Under the pieces are notes generated by a model. That model made no database searches. It saw nothing but the letters and a program-made list of their open reading frames with translations, and was not told where the DNA came from. Below are positions 16,521 through 26,000 of a stretch of DNA of 64,000 nt, in pieces. The stretch is from assembly GCA_964474705.1 (NCBI GenBank), contig CAYYUI010000004.1:7373-71372 (forward strand). Reading direction: 5' to 3'. The position numbers and the translations under genes are program-made. The DNA comes from an uncultured bacterium. Lineage in GTDB: Bacteria > Muiribacteriota > Ozemobacteria > Ozemobacterales > Ozemobacteraceae. Numbering within the stretch: the stretch's first letter is position 1; the number at the start of each line of letters is the position of its first letter.

Positions 16521-16928
16521 ATGGTAAGACCAAGACTGCAGCGCCGGGTAAGCGGCGAATTCTCGACCACCTACTTCAAACCGGCCGGCATACCCGTTCG
16601 CGACCTTGAAACCGTAAGTCTGACGTTTGACGAGCTCGAAGCCGTAAGGCTGACCGACCTTGAAGAGCTTTATCAGGCTGACGCGGCTGCCAAAATGAAC
16701 ATTTCGCGGCAGACTCTCGGCAACATCGTGGCCTCTGCCCACAAAAAGATTGCCGAGGCGTTGATAAAAGGCAAAGCAATCAAGATAGAGGGCGGAACGG
16801 TAGAATACATGCACAATCTTTATTACTGCCCGGCATGCGAAAATACTTTTCAAAAGAATGAAAACAAGGAAAACTGCCCTTCCTGCCACAGCGGGAAGAT
16901 CGAGCCGGCAGAAAAACCAAAACCCTGA
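16521..16928 (+). CDS. DUF134 (UPF0251) predicted DNA-binding protein with C-terminal zinc ribbon
   Basis: MVRPRLQRRV..YFKPAGIP..LTFDELEAVRLTDLEELYQADAAAKMNISRQT is the family signature. The C-terminus carries CPAC..CPSC. Confidence 0.8.
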   Translation: MVRPRLQRRVSGEFSTTYFKPAGIPVRDLETVSLTFDELEAVRLTDLEELYQADAAAKMNISRQTLGNIVASAHKKIAEALIKGKAIKIEGGTVEYMHNLYYCPACENTFQKNENKENCPSCHSGKIEPAEKPKP

Positions 16929-16956
16929 GATTACGGGCACACAAGGAGAACCGCTG

Positions 16957-17322
16957 ATGAAATACGCTATTTCTTTAAGAGAACGGAGCCTCGATGCCAT
17001 TGTCGACCCGAGATTCGGCAGAGCCCAGATGTTCGCTCTCTATGACAGTGTCAACGACAGCTGCACCTGGCATGGCAACACTCAAAACCTTCAGGCAGCC
17101 CAGGGAGCCGGCATTCAGAGTGCCCAGAACATTGTGAATCTGGGCGCGGAAGCCGTCATCACCGGTCATTGCGGACCAAAGGCTTTCAGGGTTCTCAATG
17201 CTGCCGGCGTCAAAATTTACAATGTCAGCGGTCAAATGAGTGCCAGGGAAGCCATAAAGCAGATAGAAAACGGCAACATCAAGCCGGCAGATAATGCAGA
17301 TGTCGAAGGGCACTGGGTATAA
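16957..17322 (+). CDS. NifB/NifX-family (dinitrogenase FeMo-cofactor-binding-like) domain protein
   Basis: FGRAQMFALYD..GAEAVITGHCGPKAFRVLNAAGVKIY matches the NifX/NafY-like fold family. AAGGAG RBS. Confidence 0.8.
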   Translation: MKYAISLRERSLDAIVDPRFGRAQMFALYDSVNDSCTWHGNTQNLQAAQGAGIQSAQNIVNLGAEAVITGHCGPKAFRVLNAAGVKIYNVSGQMSAREAIKQIENGNIKPADNADVEGHWV

Positions 17323-17325
17323 GCG

Positions 17326-19158
17326 ATGAAAATTGCAGTCTGCAGCGGCAAAGGCGGCACCGGAAAAACGACCGTTTCACTGAGTCTGGCCTGGGCACTC
17401 GGCCAGGCCGAAAGTTTCCGGCAATCGGTCTGCCTGCTCGACTGCGATGTAGAAGAGCCGAACTGTCACCTGTTTTTGCATTGCGATTATGATGCTTCTG
17501 AGACAGTATCTGCCGACAAACCTGAGTTCATTGCAGACAAATGCATTGGGTGCGGGCGCTGCGCCAACAAATGCCGGTATAATGCCATCGCCATGGTTAA
17601 AGGCACGCCGCTGGTCTTCAACGACATGTGCCACTCATGCGGCGTCTGCGCAGCCGTCTGCCCGCATCAGGCGATCAAAATGCAGCAGGTGCCGATCGGC
17701 GAAATTCTACGTGCGACCGAGAACCGCTATTTCAGGTTTGCTTACGGTCGACTGAAAATCGGCGAATCGCAAAGCCCGCTGGTAATAAGCCGGCTGATCA
17801 AATCAGCACCAGACAGCGCTCTCGTGATTCTCGACGGTCCGCCCGGCACGGCCTGCAGCGCTGTCAAAACTATTGGAACCGCAGACCGGGTAATTCTGGT
17901 AACCGAGCCCACGCCTTTTGGCGCCCATGACCTCAGTCTGGCCCTCAATCTGTGCAATGAGCTCGAAAAACCTGTGGGTATCGTCATCAACCGCTCAGAC
18001 GAGAACGACCTTATCATCGAACAACTAGCAGACCGGCACGCAGTACCCATAGTTGGCCGCATTCCCTACAGCCGGGAATACGCCCGTACCTGCTGCGAAG
18101 GCAGAATCCTATCCGCAGAATTTCCAGTCCTTCGGCCGATCTTTACTGACTGTTACACAAGGTTTATCGCTGCAGCGAAAGTTCCAGTCAGGTTTAACAT
18201 GACCAACAGTCCTGAATACGGCCAAAGTCCGGCAACTGCTGACACAAAGCCGGGCAATTACCAGGAAATCACCATTTTGAGCGGCAAGGGCGGCACCGGT
18301 AAAACTACAGTAACCGGCGCTTTTGCAGCTCTGGCAGAAAGCAGGGTTTTTGCCGACTGTGACGTTGACGCTGCCAATCTTGGCCTGCTTCTCAGGGGGC
18401 GAAACCTTTATAGAAGCAGCATCAGCCTAGGATCACAAGCGACAATCAACCCTCTAAAATGCACCAAATGCGGCAAATGCTACGAAGAGTGCCGTTTTGA
18501 AGCTATACAACCCGACCCAACCAATGGCAGTTACAGAGTGCATGAATCTCATTGTGAAGGCTGCGGTCTCTGCATCGAGATATGCCCCTCCAAAGCCATA
18601 AACGAAAAGCGCTGTGAAACAGGCAAACTGATGATGTCTGAAGGCCTTGGCAGCACCCTGATCCATGCCGACCTCAACACCGCCGCCGAGAATTCGGGCA
18701 AACTGGTTTCGATGGTTCGCGATCTGGCTTTTGCGGTAGTCGAACAGCAGAACAAAGAATGGCTGATCTGTGATGGCCCGCCGGGTACTGCCTGCCCGGC
18801 CATCGCTGCCGTAACCGGCTCAGACCGGGTCATTCTCATAACTGAGCCCTCAGTAGCCGCTCTGCACGATCTCGAACGCGTCATCAAACTGGTGAGACAT
18901 TTTGGCCTGACTCCTGAAATCATCATCAACAAAGCCGATATCAATGCTCCGGGTACCAGACGCATTCACGATCTGGCAACTGCCGGCGGCTTCAGAGTCA
19001 TTGGCGAAATTCCCTTTGACGACGCTGTTAAACAATCAATAAAAGCAGGAATTCCGATCGTCGAATACGACCGGAACAGCCCGGCTTCGCAATCTCTGGT
19101 CAACATCTGGAAGAAAATCAAGGAGACCCGTAATGAAAATCGCAATCCCCGTAACTGA
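17326..19158 (+). CDS. fused tandem MinD/CooC-type P-loop ATPase, each half with two 4Fe-4S ferredoxin motifs
   Basis: Two GKGGTGKTT Walker A motifs (aa 8 and about 320). Four CxxCxxCxxxCP motifs: CIGCGRCANKC, CHSCGVCAAVCP, CTKCGKCYEEC and CEGCGLCIEICP. Confidence 0.85.
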   Translation: MKIAVCSGKGGTGKTTVSLSLAWALGQAESFRQSVCLLDCDVEEPNCHLFLHCDYDASETVSADKPEFIADKCIGCGRCANKCRYNAIAMVKGTPLVFNDMCHSCGVCAAVCPHQAIKMQQVPIGEILRATENRYFRFAYGRLKIGESQSPLVISRLIKSAPDSALVILDGPPGTACSAVKTIGTADRVILVTEPTPFGAHDLSLALNLCNELEKPVGIVINRSDENDLIIEQLADRHAVPIVGRIPYSREYARTCCEGRILSAEFPVLRPIFTDCYTRFIAAAKVPVRFNMTNSPEYGQSPATADTKPGNYQEITILSGKGGTGKTTVTGAFAALAESRVFADCDVDAANLGLLLRGRNLYRSSISLGSQATINPLKCTKCGKCYEECRFEAIQPDPTNGSYRVHESHCEGCGLCIEICPSKAINEKRCETGKLMMSEGLGSTLIHADLNTAAENSGKLVSMVRDLAFAVVEQQNKEWLICDGPPGTACPAIAAVTGSDRVILITEPSVAALHDLERVIKLVRHFGLTPEIIINKADINAPGTRRIHDLATAGGFRVIGEIPFDDAVKQSIKAGIPIVEYDRNSPASQSLVNIWKKIKETRNENRNPRN

Positions 19159-19471
19159 AGGAACTCTCTGCACTCACTTTGGTCATTGCCAGCAGTTCTG
19201 TATTCTTACCATCAACGACAAAAAGCAGATCAGCAATAAAGAAATGCTGACCCCACCGCCGCATGAACCTGGTGTTCTGCCGCGCTGGCTTGCCGAACAG
19301 AAAGCCACTCTCATTCTTGCCGGCGGTATGGGTCATCGGGCTCAGGAACTGTTCGCTCAGAATGGCATTCAGGTAATTACCGGCGTTCAAGGCGGCCAGA
19401 CTCCTGAAACCGCTGCTGAAGCATACCTGAATGGAACGCTTCAGACCGGTGCTAATGCCTGCTCTCATTAA
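19133..19471 (+). CDS. NifB/NifX-family domain protein (second copy)
   Basis: MKIAIPVTEG..HFGHC..LILAGGMGHRAQELFAQNGIQV. AAGGAG RBS. It overlaps the ATPase gene by 26 nt. Confidence 0.8.
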   Translation: MKIAIPVTEGTLCTHFGHCQQFCILTINDKKQISNKEMLTPPPHEPGVLPRWLAEQKATLILAGGMGHRAQELFAQNGIQVITGVQGGQTPETAAEAYLNGTLQTGANACSH

Positions 19472-19481
19472 AAGTCGAAAA

Positions 19482-19510
19482 TCCGGGGGACTTTTTTGTC
19501 GTCCCCCGGA
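19482..19510 (+). terminator. stem-loop TCCGGGGGAC-(9 nt)-GTCCCCCGGA
   Basis: Perfect 10-bp GC-rich stem immediately after the stop of the NifX-like gene. It has a T-rich loop and a weak trailing U tract. Confidence 0.55.
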
Positions 19511-19585
19511 TAATTAGATTGTATAATTGACTTAAAGTTGGCTAAGACCGACAAAGCAGACTCAAGCAATGAGATGGAGTGACAG

Positions 19586-20527
19586 ATGAGCGAACTGCTT
19601 GTTGCAGACGAAATTACCAAAGTCGTCGGATGGGTAAAAAAAGAAAAGATTGTCGATCATGTTTCCCTGAGGCTGAACGAAGGTGAAATCACCGGCCTGC
19701 TCGGGCCAAACGGGGCCGGAAAAACTACCACCATGAAAATGCTTCTCGGCCTCACAAGCATAAGCACCGGGAAAGCCGAAATATTCGGCGCTCCCGTTCC
19801 AACAGCGGCATCGCGAGCAGGGGTCGGGTTTCTGCCTGAAGCAATTCAGCACCCTGATCATCTTTCGGTATACGAATACGTAAGATTTCATGCCCGACTC
19901 AGCGCAATAGAGAACGAAACCGCCAGAATCGAAGAACACCTGCGACAGGTCGAAATGTGGGAATATCGCGACCGCCTGCTCAATGCCTGTTCGAAAGGCA
20001 TGCGACAGCGCACCGATATTGCCAGAATACTACTGCGCCAGGCCAGACTTATTTTTCTCGATGAACCGTTCAGCGGCCTTGACCCCTGTGGCCAGGTAAT
20101 GCTCAAGGAACTGTTGATGACGCTGAAAAAGCAGAACATCAGCATTCTGGTAAATTCACACGCTGCCGGAATCCTGGCCGATGTCTGCGACACCGTATGT
20201 GTCATGAACCGTGGCCGTATCGTCATCAACGACCGCCTCGAAAAACTGCTGAAAACTTCACAGACAAAGGTAGTTGCCGCTTTTGCAGACAAAACCGCCG
20301 TTACAGGCTTTATATCAGGCAGAACCGCGCTCAAGTCAAGATTGATCGAACCAGCCATGGTTGAATTCATCGTCGAAGATTCTGCCGTGCTCAATGAATT
20401 GACCAGGGCCGTCATCGCAGCCGGCGGCAATCTGCTCGAACTTACTCCGATCATGCTCACCCTCGACCAGTTGTTCGTTAAAACCCTTGGCGATCGGCCG
20501 CCTGCACCGGAAGGAGGGCAGAAGTAA
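19586..20527 (+). CDS. ABC transporter ATP-binding protein
   Basis: GPNGAGKTT Walker A, CSKGMRQR signature-like motif, LIFLDEP Walker B. Confidence 0.9.
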   Translation: MSELLVADEITKVVGWVKKEKIVDHVSLRLNEGEITGLLGPNGAGKTTTMKMLLGLTSISTGKAEIFGAPVPTAASRAGVGFLPEAIQHPDHLSVYEYVRFHARLSAIENETARIEEHLRQVEMWEYRDRLLNACSKGMRQRTDIARILLRQARLIFLDEPFSGLDPCGQVMLKELLMTLKKQNISILVNSHAAGILADVCDTVCVMNRGRIVINDRLEKLLKTSQTKVVAAFADKTAVTGFISGRTALKSRLIEPAMVEFIVEDSAVLNELTRAVIAAGGNLLELTPIMLTLDQLFVKTLGDRPPAPEGGQK

Positions 20528-20528
20528 C

Positions 20529-21302
20529 ATGCTGGCACGCATCAAACTCATCATGTGGGATACCTTTCTCGATGTTGCCAGACATAAAATGCTGGCTGTC
20601 CACCTGGTTTTCGTCTGCATCGCCCTCGGCATGTTCAATCTTTTCGGGCATTTTTCGACGACCCCCAGTCTTGAATACCGCATGATCCAGGATGTCGGCC
20701 TGTCGATCATCTCGCTCTTCGGTTTTCTGATTGCATTGTTTATCGGGTCGACAACCCTGCGCGACGAGATACAGCGCAAAACCATCTACGCAGTTTTCAC
20801 TCTGCCGATGGGTCGCTGGGAGCTGTATACCGGCAAATTTCTCGGAACTTTACTTGCAGCGGTTATCAACATGCTGATCATGCTTGGCATTCTGATCCTG
20901 CTGCTGTATATCAAATTTGGAGTTCTCTGGGCGGGTTTTCAATGGGTAGCACTGTTCATGATTCTGGAATTTGCGATCATGACCGGCATGGTGTTGCTGT
21001 TCTCTCTAACCGACTCGTTGATTGTCTGCTTTTCCCTGTCGATTTTCTGCGTACTGCTCGGCAGCATGGCCGAACATGTGCAGCACCTGGCATTCGAAGC
21101 CGATATTCCGCTGCTTTCCTATCTTACTGATGTTGTTTACTGGGTTATTCCCAATTTCGGCTATTTCAACATCAAATACAAAATTCTCAAAGACCTCGCT
21201 ATTTCTCCGTCCTTTGCAATGTGGGCCATCGGCTATGCGGCATGTTACCTGTTTTTCCTGCTGGTTGCCGGTTCCTGGGCTTTACAGAAAAAGGATCTGT
21301 GA
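20529..21302 (+). CDS. ABC-2 type permease
   Basis: Six predicted TM segments. The ATG lies 2 nt after the ATPase stop. The longer track ORF from 20487 overlaps the ATPase gene. Confidence 0.7.
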   Translation: MLARIKLIMWDTFLDVARHKMLAVHLVFVCIALGMFNLFGHFSTTPSLEYRMIQDVGLSIISLFGFLIALFIGSTTLRDEIQRKTIYAVFTLPMGRWELYTGKFLGTLLAAVINMLIMLGILILLLYIKFGVLWAGFQWVALFMILEFAIMTGMVLLFSLTDSLIVCFSLSIFCVLLGSMAEHVQHLAFEADIPLLSYLTDVVYWVIPNFGYFNIKYKILKDLAISPSFAMWAIGYAACYLFFLLVAGSWALQKKDL

Positions 21303-21303
21303 T

Positions 21304-22323
21304 ATGACCGAGCGCAGATATCTGCTGTTATTATTCTTCTCTCTGTTTTTAACAGCGGTTTCCAGGCACTTTTATCTGGAGCAGCACCGTCTCGAAATGA
21401 AAGGCAACAGCGCGCTCCAGAGCCTTGAACAGATTCAGAAGCGTTCGGGTGCTTTTTTTGAAAATGATGACTCAACAGACGGCGAAGAGGCTGACCATGA
21501 TCATGCCGCTGCCAATGCATACGATCACCACGGTCCCGAACATGATGGTGAGGAAGCAGGGCATCAACCGGCTGTCGATACCGATCATGTTCACACGCAC
21601 GATCATTCGGGTCATACACATGAACATGCAGCTTCAGAAGGCCAGTCAACTGCGACCGGCCATGCACATGACGATCTGCATGGAACCACAGCCATGACAA
21701 CCTGTCAGCACACACATGGCGAGCATCATGACGGTCATGAGCACCACGAACATGGCAAAGCCAATGATCCGGCCGTTTCTCCCGGCATGGTTCTGTTGCT
21801 GCGCCAGCTTGGATTCGCCGAACTGGCAGCCAATCTATTATGGATTCAGATGGATGCAGACTCACACCGCGGTCTCTGGCATCGCGTCGAATTTGCCCTC
21901 GAGCTGATTCCGGCTCTCGACCCAACTTTTGTCGATGCTTATCTACTCCGGTCTTTTCTGCTCGACGAGTATCAGAAGCGCCATGAAGAAGCCCTGCAGA
22001 TACTGGAAGACGCGGCTAAGCTTTTGCCGAATCGCATCGAACTCTGGCAACAGATCGGGCTTGTCTGCGTCAATCACACCGGCCGCCATGGCCCGAAAAG
22101 ACGCCTGCAGAGGGCTCTGGAAGCCTTCCAGGCTATGGCTTCATTCCCGGATGCTCCTCCTCAATCGGCCAGGTTGATTGCCGTAACTCTCGCGGCCATG
22201 GAACGCCGGGATGAAGCTATCAGGCTGCTTCAGGAAAGTTCCAGAGACCCAGACAGGTCAATTGATCAGCAGCACATTGATAAAAGTATGATCGAGCGCA
22301 TTCAAAAAGGCGAAAAGTTCTGA
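21304..22323 (+). CDS. signal-anchored His/Asp-rich protein with TPR-like C-terminal domain
   Basis: N-terminal anchor LLLLFFSLFLTAV. A tract of about 110 aa follows (DHDHAAANAYDHHGPEHDGEE..HVHTHDHSGHTHEH..HTHGEHHDGHEHHEHG), then helical repeats. Confidence 0.6.
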   Translation: MTERRYLLLLFFSLFLTAVSRHFYLEQHRLEMKGNSALQSLEQIQKRSGAFFENDDSTDGEEADHDHAAANAYDHHGPEHDGEEAGHQPAVDTDHVHTHDHSGHTHEHAASEGQSTATGHAHDDLHGTTAMTTCQHTHGEHHDGHEHHEHGKANDPAVSPGMVLLLRQLGFAELAANLLWIQMDADSHRGLWHRVEFALELIPALDPTFVDAYLLRSFLLDEYQKRHEEALQILEDAAKLLPNRIELWQQIGLVCVNHTGRHGPKRRLQRALEAFQAMASFPDAPPQSARLIAVTLAAMERRDEAIRLLQESSRDPDRSIDQQHIDKSMIERIQKGEKF

Positions 22324-22401
22324 CGCCTGCGCAGCAAGCCCATTATTTGATTGCCTTTGTTTCAGATAAACTGTTAAACTTCGGTACTGACAGAAGATTT
22401 T

Positions 22402-22428
22402 TGTAACATTGTGAGCGTAGCTTCCGTA
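22402..22428 (+). promoter_or_regulatory. possible ECF-type promoter TGTAAC-N17-CGTA
   Basis: Resembles the TGAAAC-N16-CGTA class. It lies about 60 nt upstream of the ECF sigma gene. The spacing is one nt longer than the class consensus. Confidence 0.3.
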
Positions 22429-22488
22429 ATTATTGATGAGGGAAACCCTGATTCTCGTTGCAGAATTGCAGGTTAAGCGCATGAGCTG

Positions 22489-23034
22489 ATGCAGAACGGC
22501 CAAAATGACTGTAATGCCTTGATCGAGCTGGCCAGGAAAGGGCAGAAAAGCGCCTTTACCCAGCTGGTTAAAATGTATTACGGCACCGTGATGTATTACC
22601 TTCTGGGCATGAACATCAAGCATGCCGATGCAGAAGATGTCGCCCAGGAAGCGTTTATTAATGCTTTCCGCAAGATCGATCAGGTCAATACCTCGGGCAG
22701 TTTCATCGGCTGGCTGCTGAGAATTGCCCGCAATCAGTTCATTGATAAACTTAGACGCGAAAAGAAAATCGACACAACCGGCAGTCAATACGAGCTCGAA
22801 GAAGTTCCTGACGGGCGCACCCCTGAAGCGCATGTCGTTTCGGCAGCCGGAGTCGAGTCGATCTTCTCTGATCTGAAGCCCCGCGAACGCGTCATTCTTG
22901 AACTGCGGGTGTTCCAGACCATGCCTTTTGCAGAAATTGCCGAAGTCATGGAGATGAGCGAAGGCAATGTGCGCCTGGTTTTTCACCGATTGATCGCCAG
23001 GCTGCGTGCCAGATTTGAAGGTAAGGCAGACTGA
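22489..23034 (+). CDS. ECF (group 4) RNA polymerase sigma factor
   Basis: Region 2 (DAEDVAQEAFINAFRKIDQ..FIGWLLRIARNQFIDKLRR) and region 4 (ERVILELRVFQTMPFAEIAEVMEMSEGNVRLVFHR). Confidence 0.88.
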   Translation: MQNGQNDCNALIELARKGQKSAFTQLVKMYYGTVMYYLLGMNIKHADAEDVAQEAFINAFRKIDQVNTSGSFIGWLLRIARNQFIDKLRREKKIDTTGSQYELEEVPDGRTPEAHVVSAAGVESIFSDLKPRERVILELRVFQTMPFAEIAEVMEMSEGNVRLVFHRLIARLRARFEGKAD

Positions 23035-23035
23035 T

Positions 23036-23506
23036 ATGTCCACAGGTGAATGCGAAAAAATTATCGACCAGGTCACAGACCCGCGAAATCTGAATGACCA
23101 GTGCCGGCAGCACATCAAAACCTGCAAGGAATGTGCCGCCGTAGTCGCCTGCATGACCTGGGCCAGAGCCAAAGGTTCGCCCACTGCCGACCTGAAACCT
23201 TCGCAGGCCTTTCTCAACCGAATCGATCAGGCTCTTGACTCTGGGCCTGCCGGCGGCGGTGCAGCCGGTGCCACCGGGAACAACCTGCTGGCATGGGTGC
23301 TCGGCATCGGGTTGTCTGCTGCTCTGCTTTTCGGAGTAGTTTCAACTTTCGACCGCCAGCCGGCAAATACTACCACTAACAGTTTTACCAGTTCCAACGG
23401 CACTTCAACCTCAGTTTCGCCTGCCGAATCCGAAAGCCGGATTCTGAAAACCCAGCAGACAGCTCCAGTCTTGAAGTTTCCATCGCCCGCCGATGATGTC
23501 GAATAA
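23036..23506 (+). CDS. zf-HC2 anti-sigma factor, single TM
   Basis: HIKTCKEC (H-x3-C-x2-C) motif and the TM helix LLAWVLGIGLSAALLFGVV. It starts 2 nt after the sigma gene. Confidence 0.65.
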   Translation: MSTGECEKIIDQVTDPRNLNDQCRQHIKTCKECAAVVACMTWARAKGSPTADLKPSQAFLNRIDQALDSGPAGGGAAGATGNNLLAWVLGIGLSAALLFGVVSTFDRQPANTTTNSFTSSNGTSTSVSPAESESRILKTQQTAPVLKFPSPADDVE

Positions 23507-24683
23507 CTGCCGAAAAGGCTCGGCGCTGCTGATGGTAATGGTTCTGGCAGCCTGCCTGGGCATGTTGTCACTCAGCTATTTCAGAGTAGCACGCGAAAGC
23601 CGTCACAGCGGCAAATGGCACGAACTTAAATATACTGCCGGCGAAGCCGCCAGATCACTCCAGGAAGAAGCATACGCCACCCTGGTAAAAGATCTTAAAA
23701 ATCAGAAATCGCAGGCATTCTGGTTTATGCTTGGGGCTGTTTCTGGTGCCCGCAATGAAATGCGCCTGCCATTTGCCCGACAAAACCTTGAAAAAATGCT
23801 TCCAGAGGGGTATGGCTGTGACTTCAGCTGTGAGCTGAAAATCGTCAGCTTCAAAGCGGTTGCGTCGGATGGGCGGCCATATTTCGGCCGTCATGAAGGA
23901 CACGGCATACTCGGGATCATTACCCGGGTAGAAATTTTCGCCCGCAGCGATAACCAGCGCAAACCCGTTGGACGGCACCAGATTGAAACACATCATGACT
24001 ACCTGGTTGCCTCGATGCTGAGTCCTGACAGTAGTGGTCTACCTCTCAAGAATGCTCTGATCGTGAGAAAACAACGAGACTTCGACTCAAAAAACACAAT
24101 TGAATCAGAAGCTGTTCAGCTGCTGACCTATCAGAACGACCCACCAGGGCCGCCAGAACACCCCGAAGACCTTAAGGTTTTCGATCGCTATTCTCTCTGG
24201 GCCAGGCGCGACCTGTCTATCGAAGACCTGCAAAGGCTGCGTATTCTCGACACAACAACAAGAACCCTCAACCTCAATGGCATCAATCATTGCCGTGGCA
24301 CCATCACCCTTGACGGCCAATGGCAGATTCGTGGCCAGGGAGTGCTTATCGCCGACAGTTTCGTCATCAGTGCTTCTCTGAAAAAATCTGACCCGACAGC
24401 CCTGGCGGTTTTTTATGCCCGGCACGGAAATATCTGTGTTAACACCACCGGCGAGATACATGCAGCCCTGATTGCAATAAATCGCAATGGTTCAGGGCAG
24501 GTCGAAGCAAGACAACCCCTGAATTTGAACGGCATGCTGCTTGCCGATAACCTGAATCTGCAGAACTGGAGCGTTGGCAAACATACGATTGTCTATGACC
24601 GCATGCTCTCAGAACCAGAAAAAACATTTCAGATAAGTGTTTCTCGCTGGGTAAACTACCTTGGTAGCGGGGAAAAATCATGA
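23493..24683 (+). CDS. GspK-like large minor pseudopilin (no Glu+5)
   Basis: The N-terminus RKG-SALLMVMVLAACLGML has a prepilin-like hydrophobic helix lacking Glu at +5. First gene of a big/small/medium triad. Confidence 0.45.
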   Translation: MMSNNCRKGSALLMVMVLAACLGMLSLSYFRVARESRHSGKWHELKYTAGEAARSLQEEAYATLVKDLKNQKSQAFWFMLGAVSGARNEMRLPFARQNLEKMLPEGYGCDFSCELKIVSFKAVASDGRPYFGRHEGHGILGIITRVEIFARSDNQRKPVGRHQIETHHDYLVASMLSPDSSGLPLKNALIVRKQRDFDSKNTIESEAVQLLTYQNDPPGPPEHPEDLKVFDRYSLWARRDLSIEDLQRLRILDTTTRTLNLNGINHCRGTITLDGQWQIRGQGVLIADSFVISASLKKSDPTALAVFYARHGNICVNTTGEIHAALIAINRNGSGQVEARQPLNLNGMLLADNLNLQNWSVGKHTIVYDRMLSEPEKTFQISVSRWVNYLGSGEKS

Positions 24684-25129
24684 AAGCTGCACAAAAGGGC
24701 ATTCTGCTGCCAGAAATTCTGCTGGCCATACTGATTCTCGGGCTGGTCAGCGGTTCGGTTTTTTTCATGATTTCAGCATCAAATCGAAACAGCATGAATG
24801 CCTGGCACAAACTGCTCGGTGAGCAGATGTGCACCGAAGTGATCGAAGTGTTTCGCAGTATCGGCTATAACCGCCTTTCTGAGTGTCACGAACAGTCTAT
24901 TGCCGATTACCGGCTCAACGAATGGCAGCCGGTAACAGGCTCGAGTCAGGTGACCGGCATTGCGAGACCTGATGCCTGTGCAATGTTCGAACGAAAAATA
25001 ACCATGCAGCTCCTCGAAAAAGACGGAATCAACGGGATTCTGCTCAAAGTCTCCTCAAGACTGCAGAAAAACGGCAATGCCGATGACAACGAGGTCAGCT
25101 GTTCAGCCCTGCTGATGGAACAGCCATGA
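24680..25129 (+). CDS. GspI-like small pseudopilin
   Basis: QKG-ILLPEILLAILILGL has Glu at +5. ATGA overlap with the upstream gene. Confidence 0.55.
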   Translation: MKAAQKGILLPEILLAILILGLVSGSVFFMISASNRNSMNAWHKLLGEQMCTEVIEVFRSIGYNRLSECHEQSIADYRLNEWQPVTGSSQVTGIARPDACAMFERKITMQLLEKDGINGILLKVSSRLQKNGNADDNEVSCSALLMEQP

Positions 25130-25848
25130 AAAAAGCCTTTACACTTCTTGAAGTGCTGATAACCCTGGCATTATCAGCGGTTATCGGCATTGCGGCCTTT
25201 ACCCTGTATCGTGGCGGAGTTCAATCATCATTGTCCGGAGTGGTGAATTTTGACATGCTCGCCGAAGGCCGCAAAGTCATTGCTCAGATACGCGATGATC
25301 TCAAGCATGCCTGTATTCCATATCATGGCGCTTTTTCGCTGTCTTTCAACGATCTGCTGCAGATAGATTTTTCGCAGACACGCGGGCTTGAAGGCGCTGA
25401 ATTCAATCTGTTGCGCTTCAGATATGAAGCTGATTTCGCCCGCAGCGACCTGCCGGCGCCGGAATATCTTCTCAGGCCTCTGTTGAGTGTCAAATACCGT
25501 CTTGAAGCCGTAAAAGAATCTGGTCTGCTCAAACTGATACGCGAAATCAGCCCCGGGTCTGATCAGGCAAAAATTGAGATTCTCAGCGAACGGGTGAGTT
25601 TTTTCCGCATCAACCCGGTAAAAGTGACCGGCCCCGATGGCCGCGACAGCTGGTTCTGGAACATTTCCCTGCAGCTGAGTCAGCAGACCGGCAGGTCAGG
25701 CAGCACCAGACCCGACAGCGACAAAACCCGGGGGGCCGGTTCCATGGAATTCTATGACGTCGTCTGCTCGGAATTCTTCAATGCGATAAACAATTATCGC
25801 CATTCGCCACGCAACTGGAATACCGGCCTCAAATACACCCCTGACTGA
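25126..25848 (+). CDS. GspJ-like pseudopilin (prepilin-type N-terminal methylation motif)
   Basis: MKKA-FTLLEVLITLAL has Glu at +5. ATGA overlap with the upstream gene. Confidence 0.65.
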   Translation: MKKAFTLLEVLITLALSAVIGIAAFTLYRGGVQSSLSGVVNFDMLAEGRKVIAQIRDDLKHACIPYHGAFSLSFNDLLQIDFSQTRGLEGAEFNLLRFRYEADFARSDLPAPEYLLRPLLSVKYRLEAVKESGLLKLIREISPGSDQAKIEILSERVSFFRINPVKVTGPDGRDSWFWNISLQLSQQTGRSGSTRPDSDKTRGAGSMEFYDVVCSEFFNAINNYRHSPRNWNTGLKYTPD

Positions 25849-26000
25849 CAGCGGATCAGGCTACCAACTTTACACTTCTTAACGCTCATTAAGACTCCTT
25901 AATGTGATAAATGCAGCATTTCAGCCGAAATTTTTACTAAGGAGGAAAAACTACCCATCGGGTGCAGTCAGGGATTGAAATGCAGCAATCAGGAGGCTTT

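Noticed and set aside
25967-25977. GTCAGGGATTG shared between 25967 and 16181 (and a near-copy at 16235) as a further repeat-family member
   Set aside because: A single 11-mer match is at chance level in a window of this size, and the flanks do not align.
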